Below are positions 50,518-63,289 of a stretch of DNA of 64,000 nucleotides, one piece after another; the first letter of the stretch is position 1; each line of letters starts with the position of its first letter. The notes under the pieces were generated by a model, which did no database searches, was not told where the DNA came from, and saw only the letters and a program-made list of their open reading frames with translations. The position numbers were made by a program, and so were the translations under genes. The DNA is from the human T2T-CHM13v2.0 reference genome, Homo sapiens, in assembly GCF_009914755.1 (NCBI RefSeq), contig NC_060948.1. One strand, given 5' to 3'.

Positions 50518-51299
50518 GTCCTCCCCCTCCCTCCCTCTTTCCCCCTTTTGTCGCCATGCTTCACAAACTTCCCCTAACTCTGCTCCCACTTTTCCTCTCA
50601 CCTGCGGCCCCAAAGCAACCCGGGACCTCCTCGTGGGGTTCCACCGCTGCAGCACCGCCAGGCAACAGCATCCCACATCCTCCTTCTTGCTGCAGCCCCA
50701 CCAGGTGCCCGGCTCCAGCCGTGGCAGGACGGTATATGTTCCCTGAGGTGACCCGTGTCTTCACGCTCCCGGGACGCCCAGGCAATTCAATTTACTCATC
50801 TGGCACCATGCAATAGTTCAAGCCGGTGGGGGAAGTGGCGGCCAGGGACAGAGGTCCCACAGACACCATCCAAAACCTCTGCTCCTGGACCTATGGGCTG
50901 CTTTCCCCAGGGGAAGGACATTGCCTTCGCCAGTCACGAGGCAATCCGTCTCTGTGCACCCGGATTCCCATTGGCACCGTCTTCGTGTCAACTCCAGTCC
51001 TGAGGACACGAGAGAGACCCAGGCCTCGGCCCGGTCGGCACGCTCTGCGCCAGGGCTCCCACCAGAGGGAAGGACGCACTCTCCAAATCTCGGTGCCCAC
51101 TGCACCAAGAAGATAGGGAGTAGCCAACAAAAGGACCCTATGAAACGCACCCCAAAAGCAAGCAACCAATCCAAGCAAAAATACGTCTCAGGGTTCTGTT
51201 GGTCCTCTTGCATGGGCGGCCTGCCCACCTGTTCCCGCCAGGCTCAAGCACCCTCCACCCTACCCCTGCTGGAAGGAGCCCTGTCTACGAGAGCAGAGA

Positions 51300-51600
51300 G
51301 CTCCCTCTCCCAGGCTTTAATGCTCTGGCTCTCTAGTTCTGTCACCCTCTCTCTATTTCTCTCCTGCTCCCTCCATCTCATGCTCTTTCTGTCACCTTCT
51401 CTCTCTTTCTTTCTCCCTCTCATTCCTGTCTCTCTCTCTCTCTCTAGCTCTCTCTCCCTCAGTTTCTATCTCTCCATCCCTCTTTCCCTTGATCTCCTTC
51501 AAGCTGTCTATCTGTATCTTTGTGTATCTGTGTGTGTCTCTGTGTGCCCGCGAGCGTGCATCCATGTGTGTCTGTGGGGGTGGGGGTGGGTTTCTTCTTG
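51300..51600. repeat. Degenerate (CT)n then (GT)n tract in the 5S spacer
   Basis: ctctctctctctctag..., tgtgtatctgtgtgtgtctctgtgtg. Confidence 0.8.
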
Positions 51601-52279
51601 GTGCTGGTGAGGTGTGTCTGGCTGTCCATCAGCCTCTCTCTCCCGCAATCAGTCGGCTAGCTCCAGTGGCAGCGCGGGGCAAAGCAGCTCCCCCCACTCA
51701 CTTGGCCATGGGCCATGTCCTTGTCCGGACAAGCGACCCTGTTAGGGACGTTGTAAGAGAAAGGGCCCATGGGGCTAGGCCACCTGTTCACCCTTGAGCA
51801 GCCCTGGCAGCACTGGGTGGGTGAGGAGAGAGGGGGCCTTGCAGGAGGGGCGGCGAGGGAACCAAAACAATCCCTCCGTGGCAAGGAGGACAGAAGGGTA
51901 TCCCTGACTCCTGGGAGCACAAGCTCAGCAAGCCCGATGTGGTGGAAGCTTGGGAGTTCATGAGCCTGGGGAAGCCCTGAAGCGTCGGAGGAATGGAGAC
52001 CAACCAGAGAGCCCGAAGTCTGTGCAGCGGATGGACACCTCTGGCGTCCTCACTCAGCAGCAGGGCGGCGCCGAGATGGTCCAGTGCATGGCCTTGTCTG
52101 CTATGGCTGGAGCCCCTTGGAAGCCGGCAGAAGGTGCAGCGCGGTGGCCCACAGTGCTCCGGCGTGGAGGGGGAGAGCAGCCGAGCAGCAGGCGAGGAGT
52201 GGCTTAGAGTTGTCCCGATCCAAGCCGCGTGGCTTTGGAGTGGCGGTAATGCCTGGAGTCTGGCGGGCATGGTGGGCCA

Positions 52280-52291
52280 GGCTCTTGTGTC
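52280..52291 (+). promoter_or_regulatory. 5S D-box-like element of copy 2
   Basis: ggctcttgtgtc at -32..-21 of the second 5S start. Confidence 0.65.
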
Positions 52292-52311
52292 AGCCAGGTA
52301 TCACTGCGGGT

Positions 52312-52430
52312 GTCTAAGGCCTTACCGCCCTGAGACACCTGATCTCTGGCCTGTGACGCTAAGCAGGGTGGGGCCTGGTTCAGTACTTGGAAGAGAGACC
52401 GCCTGGGAATACAAGGTGCTGTAGGCTTTT
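52312..52430 (+). pseudogene. 5S rRNA pseudogene, copy 2
   Basis: gtctaaggccttaccgccctg...gctaagcagggtggggcctggttcagtacttggaagagagaccgcctgggaatacaaggtgctgtaggctttt. Confidence 0.92.
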
Positions 52431-52945
52431 GGCTTCCCGCTCCCTCTTTCTCCCTTTTGTGCCCTACTTCCCAACCACTCCCTGACTCTGCTACCCATTT
52501 TCCACCTGCCTGCGTCCCCACCGCACACCAGGACCTCCTCGTACACCGCCGGGCAGCAGCATCCCACCTCTTCTGCCTTGCTGCAGCTCCACAAGGTCCC
52601 CAGCTCTAGGCAGGGCGGGGCAGGCCAGCACCAGACCCCAAAGGCGCAGGCCCAGGTTCCCTGCCATGCTGGTTGTCTTCCTGCTCCAGGAAGGCCTAGG
52701 TAATTTAATTCACTCATCTGGCGCCGCCGCAAACGCCCGAGGCTGGGGAAGGGGTGGGCAGGGGCAGAGGGTCCCACAGACGCCAGCCAAGACCTCCTCC
52801 AGAACGCACGGGCTGCTTTTTCCAGGGAAGAACATTGCCTTTGCCAGCTACCAGGGAAACATCCTTGTGAACCCGGATTCCCATGGCCACCAACTTCGTG
52901 TAAACTCCTGTTGTGAGGACACGAGAGACACCCAGGCCTCAGGCA

Positions 52946-55900
52946 AGGATTCCCTGGCTTGCACCCAGGGTGCCTGTCTCACCCACGGGGGCACCCTAAA
53001 GTGTCAAGAAGGCAGCGGGGGATGGGAGCTGGCTTTAAAGGGGACGTTGAGGCAGTCCGTGGAAAAACTTCTCAGGGAAGACAGTGCATTCCGGGCAGCC
53101 CCTGCGGCGGGCTGGGGGGCCCTGGAGTCCCTGTCTTGCACAAAGGTTGTGTGTCTCGCCCTCAGGGGGCACCCCATAGCAACAACAATTCCCCTGGGGA
53201 AAAGTACCCCGCTTGAAAGACACGCCCCCTGGGTGCAAGCCAGGGACTCCACGACCACCCCGAGTCCGGCACAGACACTGCCGGGAAGGCACTGTTCTCC
53301 ATGGGATTGTTTTCCCTCCCGACTGCCTCAACGTCTCCTTTCAAGCCTGGCCTCCTGTTCCCTTCCCCCGCAGGTATTCATGCTGCCTTGGGGTGGCCCC
53401 CGTGGGCGAGACTCTTACCCTGGGTGCAAGCCAGGGACTCCATGAAACCCTCGGCCCGGCGCAGGGGCCGCCAGGAAGGCACTGTCGTCCGTGGGAGAAT
53501 CCCAGCCTCGAGGTTGTTTTCCCCGGGCTGCCTCAATGTCCCCCTTGAAGCCTGAAGTGCTGTCCCCTTCCCCCAGGGGACTACTTGCCGCTTTGGGGTG
53601 CACTTAGTGGGAGAGACACGCACCCTGGGAGGAAGCCAGGGACTGCCGGGAAGGAATTGCCATCATGGGAGGAAACCGGCTGGCCGCATTTTTCGCCGTG
53701 CTGCCTCAGCGTCCTCTTTAAAGCCTGGCGTCTTGTTCCCTTCCCTGGGAGGCCTTCTTACCACTTTGGGGTGCCCCTGTGGGAACGACACGCACCATGG
53801 GTGCAAGCCAGGGACTACACGATCCCTCCGGGCCCAGCGCAGGGGTTGCCGGGAAGGCTCTGTCGTGCGTGGGAAGACACCATCCCTCCTCTTTTTTTCC
53901 CGTACTGCTTCAACTATGCCTTTCAACCCTGATGTCCTGTGCCCTTCCCCCGGTGGCCTTCTTGCCTCTTTGTGGTGCGCCCCGTGGGTGAGACATGCAA
54001 GCTGGGTGCAAGCCAGGGACTCCACGCAGCTCCTGGGCCCACCGCAGAGGCTGCCGGGAAGGCAATGTCGTCCATGAGCGGACCCCAGTATCCCCGCTTT
54101 TTTCCCCGGGGCTGCCTGAACGTCCCCCTTCAAGCCTGACGTGCTGTACCCTTCCCCGGGGAACATTCTTTTCGCTTTGGGGTGCCCCCCATGGGGGAGA
54201 CACTCACCCTGGGTGCAAACCAGGGAATCAACAACCATCCCCATGCAGGGCAAAGGGGCTGCCAGAAAGGCACTGTCATCCGTGGGAAGTTTTTACCCCG
54301 GACTGCCTCAACGTCCCCTTTCAAGCCCGGCGTCCCGTTTCCTTCCCCCGGAGGCCTTCTTGAGGCTTTGAGGTGTCCCCCGTGAGTGCGACATGCACCC
54401 TGGGTGCAGCCAGGGACTCCACGACGACCCCGGGCCTGGTGCAGGGACTGCCGGAAAGGCACTGTCGTCTGTGGGACGTCCGCGGCCCGCTGCTTTTTTC
54501 CCCGTGCTACCTCAACGTTCCGTTTCAGGCCTGGCGCCCTCTTCCCTTCCAACAGAGGCCTTCTTGGTGCTTTGGGGTGCTTCCCGTGGAAGCGACACGC
54601 AACCTGGGTGCAAGCCAGCGACTCCAGAACCCCACTGGGCAGGGCGAGAGGCTGCCGCGAAGGCACTGTCGTTCGAAGGACCCTGGCTTACTGCTTATTT
54701 CCCTGGATTGCCTCAAAGTCCCCTTTTAAGCCTAACATCCTGTCCCCTTCCCCCGGGGACCTTCTTGCCTCTTTGGGGTGCCTCCTGAGGGCGAGATGCA
54801 CACTCTTGAGTACAAGCCAGGGACTCTACGACACCGCCAGGACCGGCGCAGGGCTGTCGGGAAGGCACTGTTATCCCTGGGATCACCTCAGCCTCGCCGC
54901 TTTTTTCTCTGGGCTACCTAAAGGTCCCCGTTCAAGGCTGATTTCCTGTTGCCTTCCACTGGGGGACTTTTACTGCTTTGGGGTGCTCACTGTGGGCGCG
55001 ACACGCACCCCAGGTGTAGGCCAGGGACTCCACGACCACCCCGGGCCCGGTGCAGGGGCTGCTGGGCAGACACGGTTGTCCTTGGGTGGACACTGGACCG
55101 CCGCTTTTTTCCGGGACTGCCTCAACTAAACTTTTCAACCCTGGCGTCTGGTACCCTTCCCCCGGGGCCTCCTTGATGCTTTGTGGTGCCACCCCTGGGC
55201 GAGACACACACCCGGGATGCAAGCCAGGGACGCCAAGACCTCCCCGGCCCAGCGAATGGGCAGCCAGGAAGGCACTGTCGTCCGTGGGAGAACCAGCGTC
55301 ACGGTTTTTTACCCTAGGCTACCTCAACGTCCCCCTTCAAGTCTGACGTGCTGTCCCCTTCCCCTGGGGGCCTGTTTGAAGCTTTGGGGTGCCTCCCGTG
55401 GGCGAGACACGCATCCTGGGTGCAAGACAGGGACTCCACGCTCCCCCAGGGCCCTACGCATGGGCTGCCAGGAAGGCACTGTCATCCATGGGAGGAACCC
55501 GGCTAGCCTCTTTTCTCTCCGTGCTGCCTCAGCGTCCCCATTAAAGCCTGTCTTCCTGTTCCGTTCCCCCGGAGGCCTACTTGCGACTTTGGGGTGCAAC
55601 CCCTTTGCCGGACACGGAGGGGTTGTTGAGTCCCAGTCTTACACCCAGGGGCCCATGGGGGGCACCCCAAAGCAGCGAGTAGCTTCTCAGGGGAAGGAGA
55701 CAGCACGTCAGGTTCGAAGGTGGACGTTGAGGCAGCCTGGGGAATAAAGAGGGGATGCTGGGGTTCTGCCATGGATAACACGGTCTTCCAGGCAGCCTCT
55801 GCGGTGGGTCTGGGAATATCGTGGAGTCCCTGGCTTGCACGCAAGGTGCCTGTCTCGCCCACAGGGGGCACCACAAAGCGGCAAGAAGGCCACCGTGGGA

Positions 55901-58900
55901 AGGATATGGGACGCCAGGGTTGAAAGGGATAGCCGAGTCAGTCCGGGGAAAAACGCCGCGGACTAGGGTCGTCTGAGGGCAGACAGTGCCTTGCCGGCAG
56001 CCCCTATGTTGGGCCGGGGTGGTCTTGGAGTCCCTGGCTTGTACCGAGGGTGCTGGTCGCGCCCATGGGGGCACCCCATGTCTAAGCGCGACACGCACGC
56101 TGGGTGCAAGTGAGGGACTCCACGATTCCCCGGGGCCAGGCGCAGGGGCTGCCAGGAACGCAATGTCATCCATGGGATGACCCCGGCCAGCCGCTTTTCC
56201 TCCAGGGCAGCCTCAATGTCTCATTTAAAGCCTAGCTGCCTGTTCCCTTTCCCCGGGGGCCTTCTTTCCGCTTTGGGGTGCCCCCCATGGGGAAGAAGCG
56301 TATCCTGTGTGCAAGACAAGGACTCCACGACTCCCCCGGGCCCAGCGTAGGGGCTGCCGGGAAGGCACGACTGCCGGGAAGGCACTATCGTCCGTGGGAG
56401 GACCCCGGCCACCCGCGTTTTTCTCCGTGCCGCCTCAACGTTCCATTTCAAGCCTGGCGTCATGTTTCCTTCCCCTAAAGTCCTTCTTGCCTCTGGGGTG
56501 CCTCCCGTGGAAGAGAAGCGCACTCTAGGTGCAAGCCAGGGACTCAACAACACACACGGGTTCAGCGCAGGGGCTGCTGGGAAGACACTGTCGTCTGTGG
56601 GACTACCCTAGCCTCGCCGCTGTTTTCCCCAGGCTGCGTGAACGTATCCTTCAAGCCTGACATGCTGTCCCCTTCTCCCGCGGGCCTTTTTGCCGCTTTA
56701 GGGTGCTCCGCGTGGGCGCGACACGCAGCCTGGGTGCGAGCTAGGGACTCCACGTCCCCCACCCCCATGTTTCGGCGCAGCGGAGACCGGGAAGGCACTG
56801 TCAACCGTGCGGTGACTCTGACCCGCCGCTTTTTTCCCCGTGCTGCCTCATCGTCCGGTTTCAAGCCTGGCGTCCTGTTCCATTCTTTCAGAGGTTTTCT
56901 TGCCGCTTTGGGGTGCCTCCCCCGTGGGCACGACACATACCCTGGGTGCAAGCCAGGGACTACACGACTTCTCCGGGCGTGATGCAGAGGCTGCCATGAA
57001 GGCACAGTCCTCCGTGGAAAGTTTTTCCCGGTACTGCCTCAACGTCCCCTTTCGTTTCACTGGAGGCCTTCTTGCCACTTTGGGGCGCCCAGCGTGGGCG
57101 CAACACGCACATTAGCTGCAAGCCAGGGACTCCACGACCACCCCAAGCCCGGCGCAGGGTCTGCCGGGAAGGGACTGTCATCGGTGGGAGGACTGCGGCC
57201 CACCGCTTTTTTCCCCGTGCTGCCTCAATGTCCCCTTTCAAGCCTGGCATCATGTTCCCTTCCCCCACAAGCATTCTTGCCACTTTGGGGTTCCCCCGTG
57301 GGTGCGACACTCACCCTGGGTGCAAGCTAGGAACTCCATGACCGTCCCGGGCCAGGCACACGGGCTGGGGAAACGCACGGTTGTCTGTGGGAGTAAACCG
57401 GCCTGCTGCTTTTTCCCTCGTGCTTCCTCAACGTCCCCTTTCAAGCCTGGCGTCCTGTTTCGTTTTCCCGCAGGCCTACTTGCCGCTTTGGCGTGTCCCC
57501 ACTAGATGCGACACGCACCCTGGGTGCAAGCCAGGGACTTCACGACTTCCCCTGGCGCGGTGTTGGGGGGGCTACTGAAAAGGCACTGTAGTGCGCGGGA
57601 AGTTTTTCCCCAGCGTGCCTCAACGTCGCCTTACAGGCCTGGCATCCTGTTTCCTTCCCCGTGGGCCTTCTGGCCGCTTTGGGGTGTCCCTCTTCGGCCA
57701 GACACCCATCCTGGGTGCAAGCCTGGGACTCCGCGACCACCCGGTCCCGGCGCAGGGGCTGATGTTAAGTAAGGCACTGTCGTTCATGGTAGGACCCCAG
57801 CCTCGCCGCTTCTTTCCTCGGACTAACTCAACGTCCCCCTTCAAGCTTGATGTGCTGTCCCTTTCCCCCCGCCCCGGGGGCCTTCTTGTCGCTTTGGGGA
57901 GCCCCAGTGGGCGAGACACGCACCCTGGGTGCAAGCCAGGGACTCCACCATTTTCCCGGGCCAGGTGCACGCGCTGCCGGGAAGGCACTGTTGTTCATGG
58001 GAAGACCCCAGCCTCTACGCTGCACCCAGGGAAGTCGTGGAGTCCCTGGCTTGCATCCAGGCTGAGTGTCGCGCCCACGGGGGGCACCCCAAAGCGGCAA
58101 AGAAGGCCTCCGGGGGAAGGAAGTTGGATGCCAGGCTTGTAAGGAGAGATCAACGGGGAAAAAAGCGGCGAAGCCAGGGACTCAATGACACAAGCAGGCC
58201 TGGAACAGGGGCTTCCGGGAAGGCCCTGCCGTCTGTGGGACAACCCCAGCCTCGCTGCTTTTATCCCCAGGCTGCCTCAACTTTCCCGTTCAGGCCTGAT
58301 GTGCTGTCCCCTTCCCCGAGGTCCTTCTTGCAGCTTTGTGGTGCTACCCATGGGTGAGACACGCACCCTGGGTGCAAGCCAGGGACTCCACGACCCTCCT
58401 CCCGACACATACACCGTCCCGATGCAGGGGCTGCGAGAAAGGCACTGTCATCCATGGGACGCCCACGGCTCGCCGCTTTTTTCCTCATGCTGTCTGAACT
58501 TCCTCTTTCAAGCTTGGCATCCTGTTTCTTTCCACCTATGGCCTACTTGCCGCTTGGAGGCACCCCCCCACCCCCCCAACTGTGGACGAGTCACGCACCC
58601 TGGATGCAAGCCAGGGACTCTACGACTTCCCTGGTTCTGGCACAGAGGCTGCTGGGAAGGCTCTGTCCTCCGTGGGAAGTTTTTTCCTGGACTGCCTCAA
58701 CGTCCCCTTTCAAGCCTTGCGTCCTGTTCCCTTCCCCTGGGGACCTTCTTGACGCTTTGGGGTGCCCCCCATGGGCAAGACACGTCCGCTGGGTGGCAGC
58801 AAGGTACTCCACGACCACCGGGCACTTGACTCGGGGGCTGCAGGAAAGGCACTATCGTCCGTGGGAGGACTCCAGCCTTACCACTTTTTTCCTCGGGCTG

Positions 58901-59820
58901 CCTCAATGTCCTCCTTCACGAAGACTGACATGCTCTCCCCTTCCTTCCGGGGCTTTCTTGACGTTTTGGGTTATCCCCGTGGGCGAGAAACGCACCCTGA
59001 GTGCACACCAGGTATCCACGGTCCCTCGGTTCCGGCGCAGAGGCTGCTGGGAAGACACTGTCGTCCGTGGGAGGATCCCTGCCCACCGCTTTTTCCCTGT
59101 GCTGCCTCAGAAGTCTTCTTTCAAGCCTGGCATCTTGTTCCCTTCCTTTAGGGGCTTTCGTGTTGCTTTGAGATGCCCCCCTTGGGCGTGACCCGCAGCT
59201 GGGTGCAAGGCAGAAGCTCCACCACTCGCCTGGCCCGGAGCAGGGTCTGCCAGGAAGGCACTGTTGCCATGGGAAGTTTTTCCTTGTACTGTCTCAACGT
59301 CCCCTTTCAAGCCTGGAGCTCTGTTCCCGTCCCCCGGGGGTCTTCTTGCCGCTTTGAAGTGCCCCCCATAGGCCTGACACGGACCCTGGGTGCAAGACAG
59401 GGACTCCACGACCACCCCGGCCCCAACACAGGGGCTGCCAGGAAGGCACTGCCATCTGTTGAACGACCCCGGCCCGCCTTTTTTTTTTTTTTTCCGTGTT
59501 GCCTCAATGTCCCCTATTAAGATTGGCGTCCTGTTCCCTTCCCCCAGAGGCCTTCTTGCCACTTTGGGGTGTCCCCATGAGCACGGCATGCCCCCTGGGT
59601 GCAAGTCAAGGACTCCACGACTTCCCAAATCCCGGCCCAGGGTCGGCTGGACAGGCACTGTTTTCCGTGGGAAGTTTTTTCCCGGACTGCCTCATCTTCC
59701 CCTTTAAAGGCTGTCCCTCCTGTTCCTTTCCCTCGGGGGTTTTCTTGACGCTTTCTGGTGCCCCTCGTGGGGGTGACACGCACCCTGGGTGTAAGCCAGG
59801 GACTGCACGACCCCCGCGGT
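52946..59820. repeat. GC-rich tandem satellite with ~190 and ~204-bp monomers, gamma-satellite (GSAT-family)-like, with inverted blocks
   Basis: Anchor ccctgggtgcaagccagggactcc recurs at 53235, 53426, 53631, 53803, 54008, 54215, 54406, 54610, 54812, 55016, 55219, 55422 and onward. The tandem structure is directly visible; the family name is from recall. Confidence 0.8.
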
Positions 59821-60055
59821 TTCTGTTCTTATTTATGGTAAAAGTAGGGAACTCTGCTTATGCACATCAACGGAATCATTATTATACGCAGACGATTTGG
59901 ACGTCGAAGGAGAGAAACCTTGGTGAGGGGTAGGGGATAAAACAGGAGGGGGAAGGGAAGGAGGCACAGTAGTTCACTCTGGAGTGTTTTCTAGCCTGGG
60001 GTGAGTGGGGCGACACGGAGGGCAACTCAGGAAACAAGCTGATTCCAGAAAAGAC

Positions 60056-60135
60056 ACCGGGCATGATGGCGAGCGTCTGCAGTCCCAGCTACCCGGTGGA
60101 GGTGGGCGGGGGAGGCAGAAGAATCGCTTGAACCT
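60056..60135 (+). mobile_element. Alu right-arm fragment
   Basis: ccgggcatgatggcgagcgtctgcagtcccagctac...ggcagaagaatcgcttgaacc. Confidence 0.7.
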
Positions 60136-60139
60136 CATT

Positions 60140-61453
60140 GGCTCACCTTTCGAATTACCAGCGAAGGCTTTCTCACCAAGTTTTTGTCACACTCTTTCCC
60201 CACCAGTTACCCCTTCCTGAAGATTCGCTCATGGACCCCTGGGGAAGATAGTGGTCTGCCTTATGACCAAAAGACTGGAAAATTTTGAGTGCTTTCTATC
60301 AGGGCCGTTGCCTGGCATGCATGCACTCACCCCCAAAGTCCCGCTGTTTATCCACCTTTCTCTCTGGGGCAAAAGGCCTCTCCGAGGCCGACACAACACG
60401 ATAGTACACAGAATCTTACCGCACTCGCTCCTGCGTCGTGGGCGCACTTGGCAGAGTGAAACAAGGAACTTGGCGCTCAACAGAGGAGGCAGCATCTCTT
60501 ATCGAGTGGGAGGGACCTGCCTCACTCATCCGCCTCGCCCCGCTCAACGACCTCTTCAGGATGCACTTGCAAACACCGTGGTGGCGGTTATACGAGAGGC
60601 CACTTGGGGTTGGCACAACCCGCCACCATTTTGTCTCGGGCAGTCTGGAGCACTCCTGGATCACCACAAAGGCCCTGGTCGTGTCAACCCTCTCGCATCC
60701 CAGAAAGGGCAGCATGATGTTTGGTAGGGACATGCCCCATGGCCCCGGAGAGGTGCAGTGTCCACCCGCAAGGCAACAACCACAGGAAGCCAGAGCAAAG
60801 GTGCCCGCTGTGTCAGAGGACCCCACCAATCTTCTTGAAGTCACGAGGCTCAAGGCGTGAGGGCAGCGAGGTCACCGCAAATTCCCTGCCCCATGCCTCC
60901 CAACACACTACCCGTGAGTGGGGAAGAGAGACAAGGGGCCCGACAAGCAGAAGAAGAAGAACTCTTCCATTAACTGTGTATTTCCATCCTTTGCTTCTCG
61001 TGGCTTACTCCCAGCCTGGGAGAGCGTAAAGTCACCACATCCATCGTGAAAAGCCCAATAATGGGCGGTGGTTGAGCTGGGGTCAGTCTTGAAGAAACTG
61101 ATGAGCATAACAGCCCAGCCAGGCTCACTCCGGGATAGGGACAGCAGACAATTTAAGGTGGAATGCCTGACATTCACAGCGAAGAGCCAACAGAGTGGGG
61201 TTGTTCTGACCACCCTGTGCCCGCAGCCGGGAGCACACTGGTCACGGGAGCCCGAGCTGCCTTCCCTGCCAGGGTCAAAGGCCCAGAAACCTGGGGCACC
61301 ACGGACAGTTATGACACTAGGATGCGTGAGAGCAGGCACACAGGTCCCAGCAATCAGCTAAAACTGGAACAGGGCCGGTTAGCTGGGTTACCAGTATACC
61401 AGAGCTTCACACGCATCTAGAGGCCCAATGTAATTGCCAGGCAGCGTGTCAGC
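60140..61453 (-). pseudogene. Degenerate 45S pre-rRNA 5' external transcribed spacer, truncated before 18S
   Basis: Minus strand starts gctgacacgctg (human 45S +1 GCTGACACGCTG); contains gggcttttcacgatggatgtggtgactttacgctctcccagg (site 01/A' region) and gagtgtgacaaaaacttggtgagaaagccttcgctgg, colinear with the human 5'ETS as recalled. Confidence 0.88.
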
Positions 61454-61610
61454 AACAACCTGGTGGCCCAAAATGTCGACTCAGAGTGAAAGATATACCT
61501 TGCCTGGTGGAGGGGTGTCGAGTCAGTGACCACACCACCTGAGCAGAAACGCGTGACCTGGACATCTTTCCCAAAAAAAGGCCACCATGGCAGCCAGACA
61601 CGGAACACCC
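61433..61610 (-). promoter_or_regulatory. Degenerate RNA polymerase I (45S rDNA) core promoter and UCE, +1 at 61453
   Basis: ggtatatctttcactctgagtcgacattttgggccaccaggttgtt|gctgacacg versus human GGTATATCTTTCGCTCCGAGTCGGCATTTTGGGCCGCCGGGTTATT|GCTGACACG; UCE-like ccatggtggcctttttttgggaaagatgtccaggtcacgcg upstream. Confidence 0.9.
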
Positions 61611-61616
61611 AGGGCC

Positions 61617-61635
61617 CTCTGGTTGACCCCAGGAC
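61617..61635 (-). terminator. T0-like promoter-proximal Sal box (TTF-I site) remnant
   Basis: gtcctggggtcaaccagag at about -165 to -180, similar to human T0 GGGTTGACCAG. Confidence 0.75.
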
Positions 61636-63102
<1,467 letters not shown>

Positions 63103-63289
63103 TTAAGAAAGAAATGAAAGGAGAAAGATAGATGAAAAAAACTAAAAAAATAGTAAAACTATTTTTCTAAAAAACTCTAAAAAACTCTAAAAAAATAGCC
63201 GAGGGCGGTGGGGGGTGGGGTGGGTGGGGGATCGGTGGCTATGATGCACTTTCCACTTTACCAATATGCTGGCTGGGGAAAGACAAATA

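Noticed and set aside
52946-59820. CRISPR-like array
   Set aside because: The whole monomer repeats with no unique spacers, there are no cas genes, and the context is primate.
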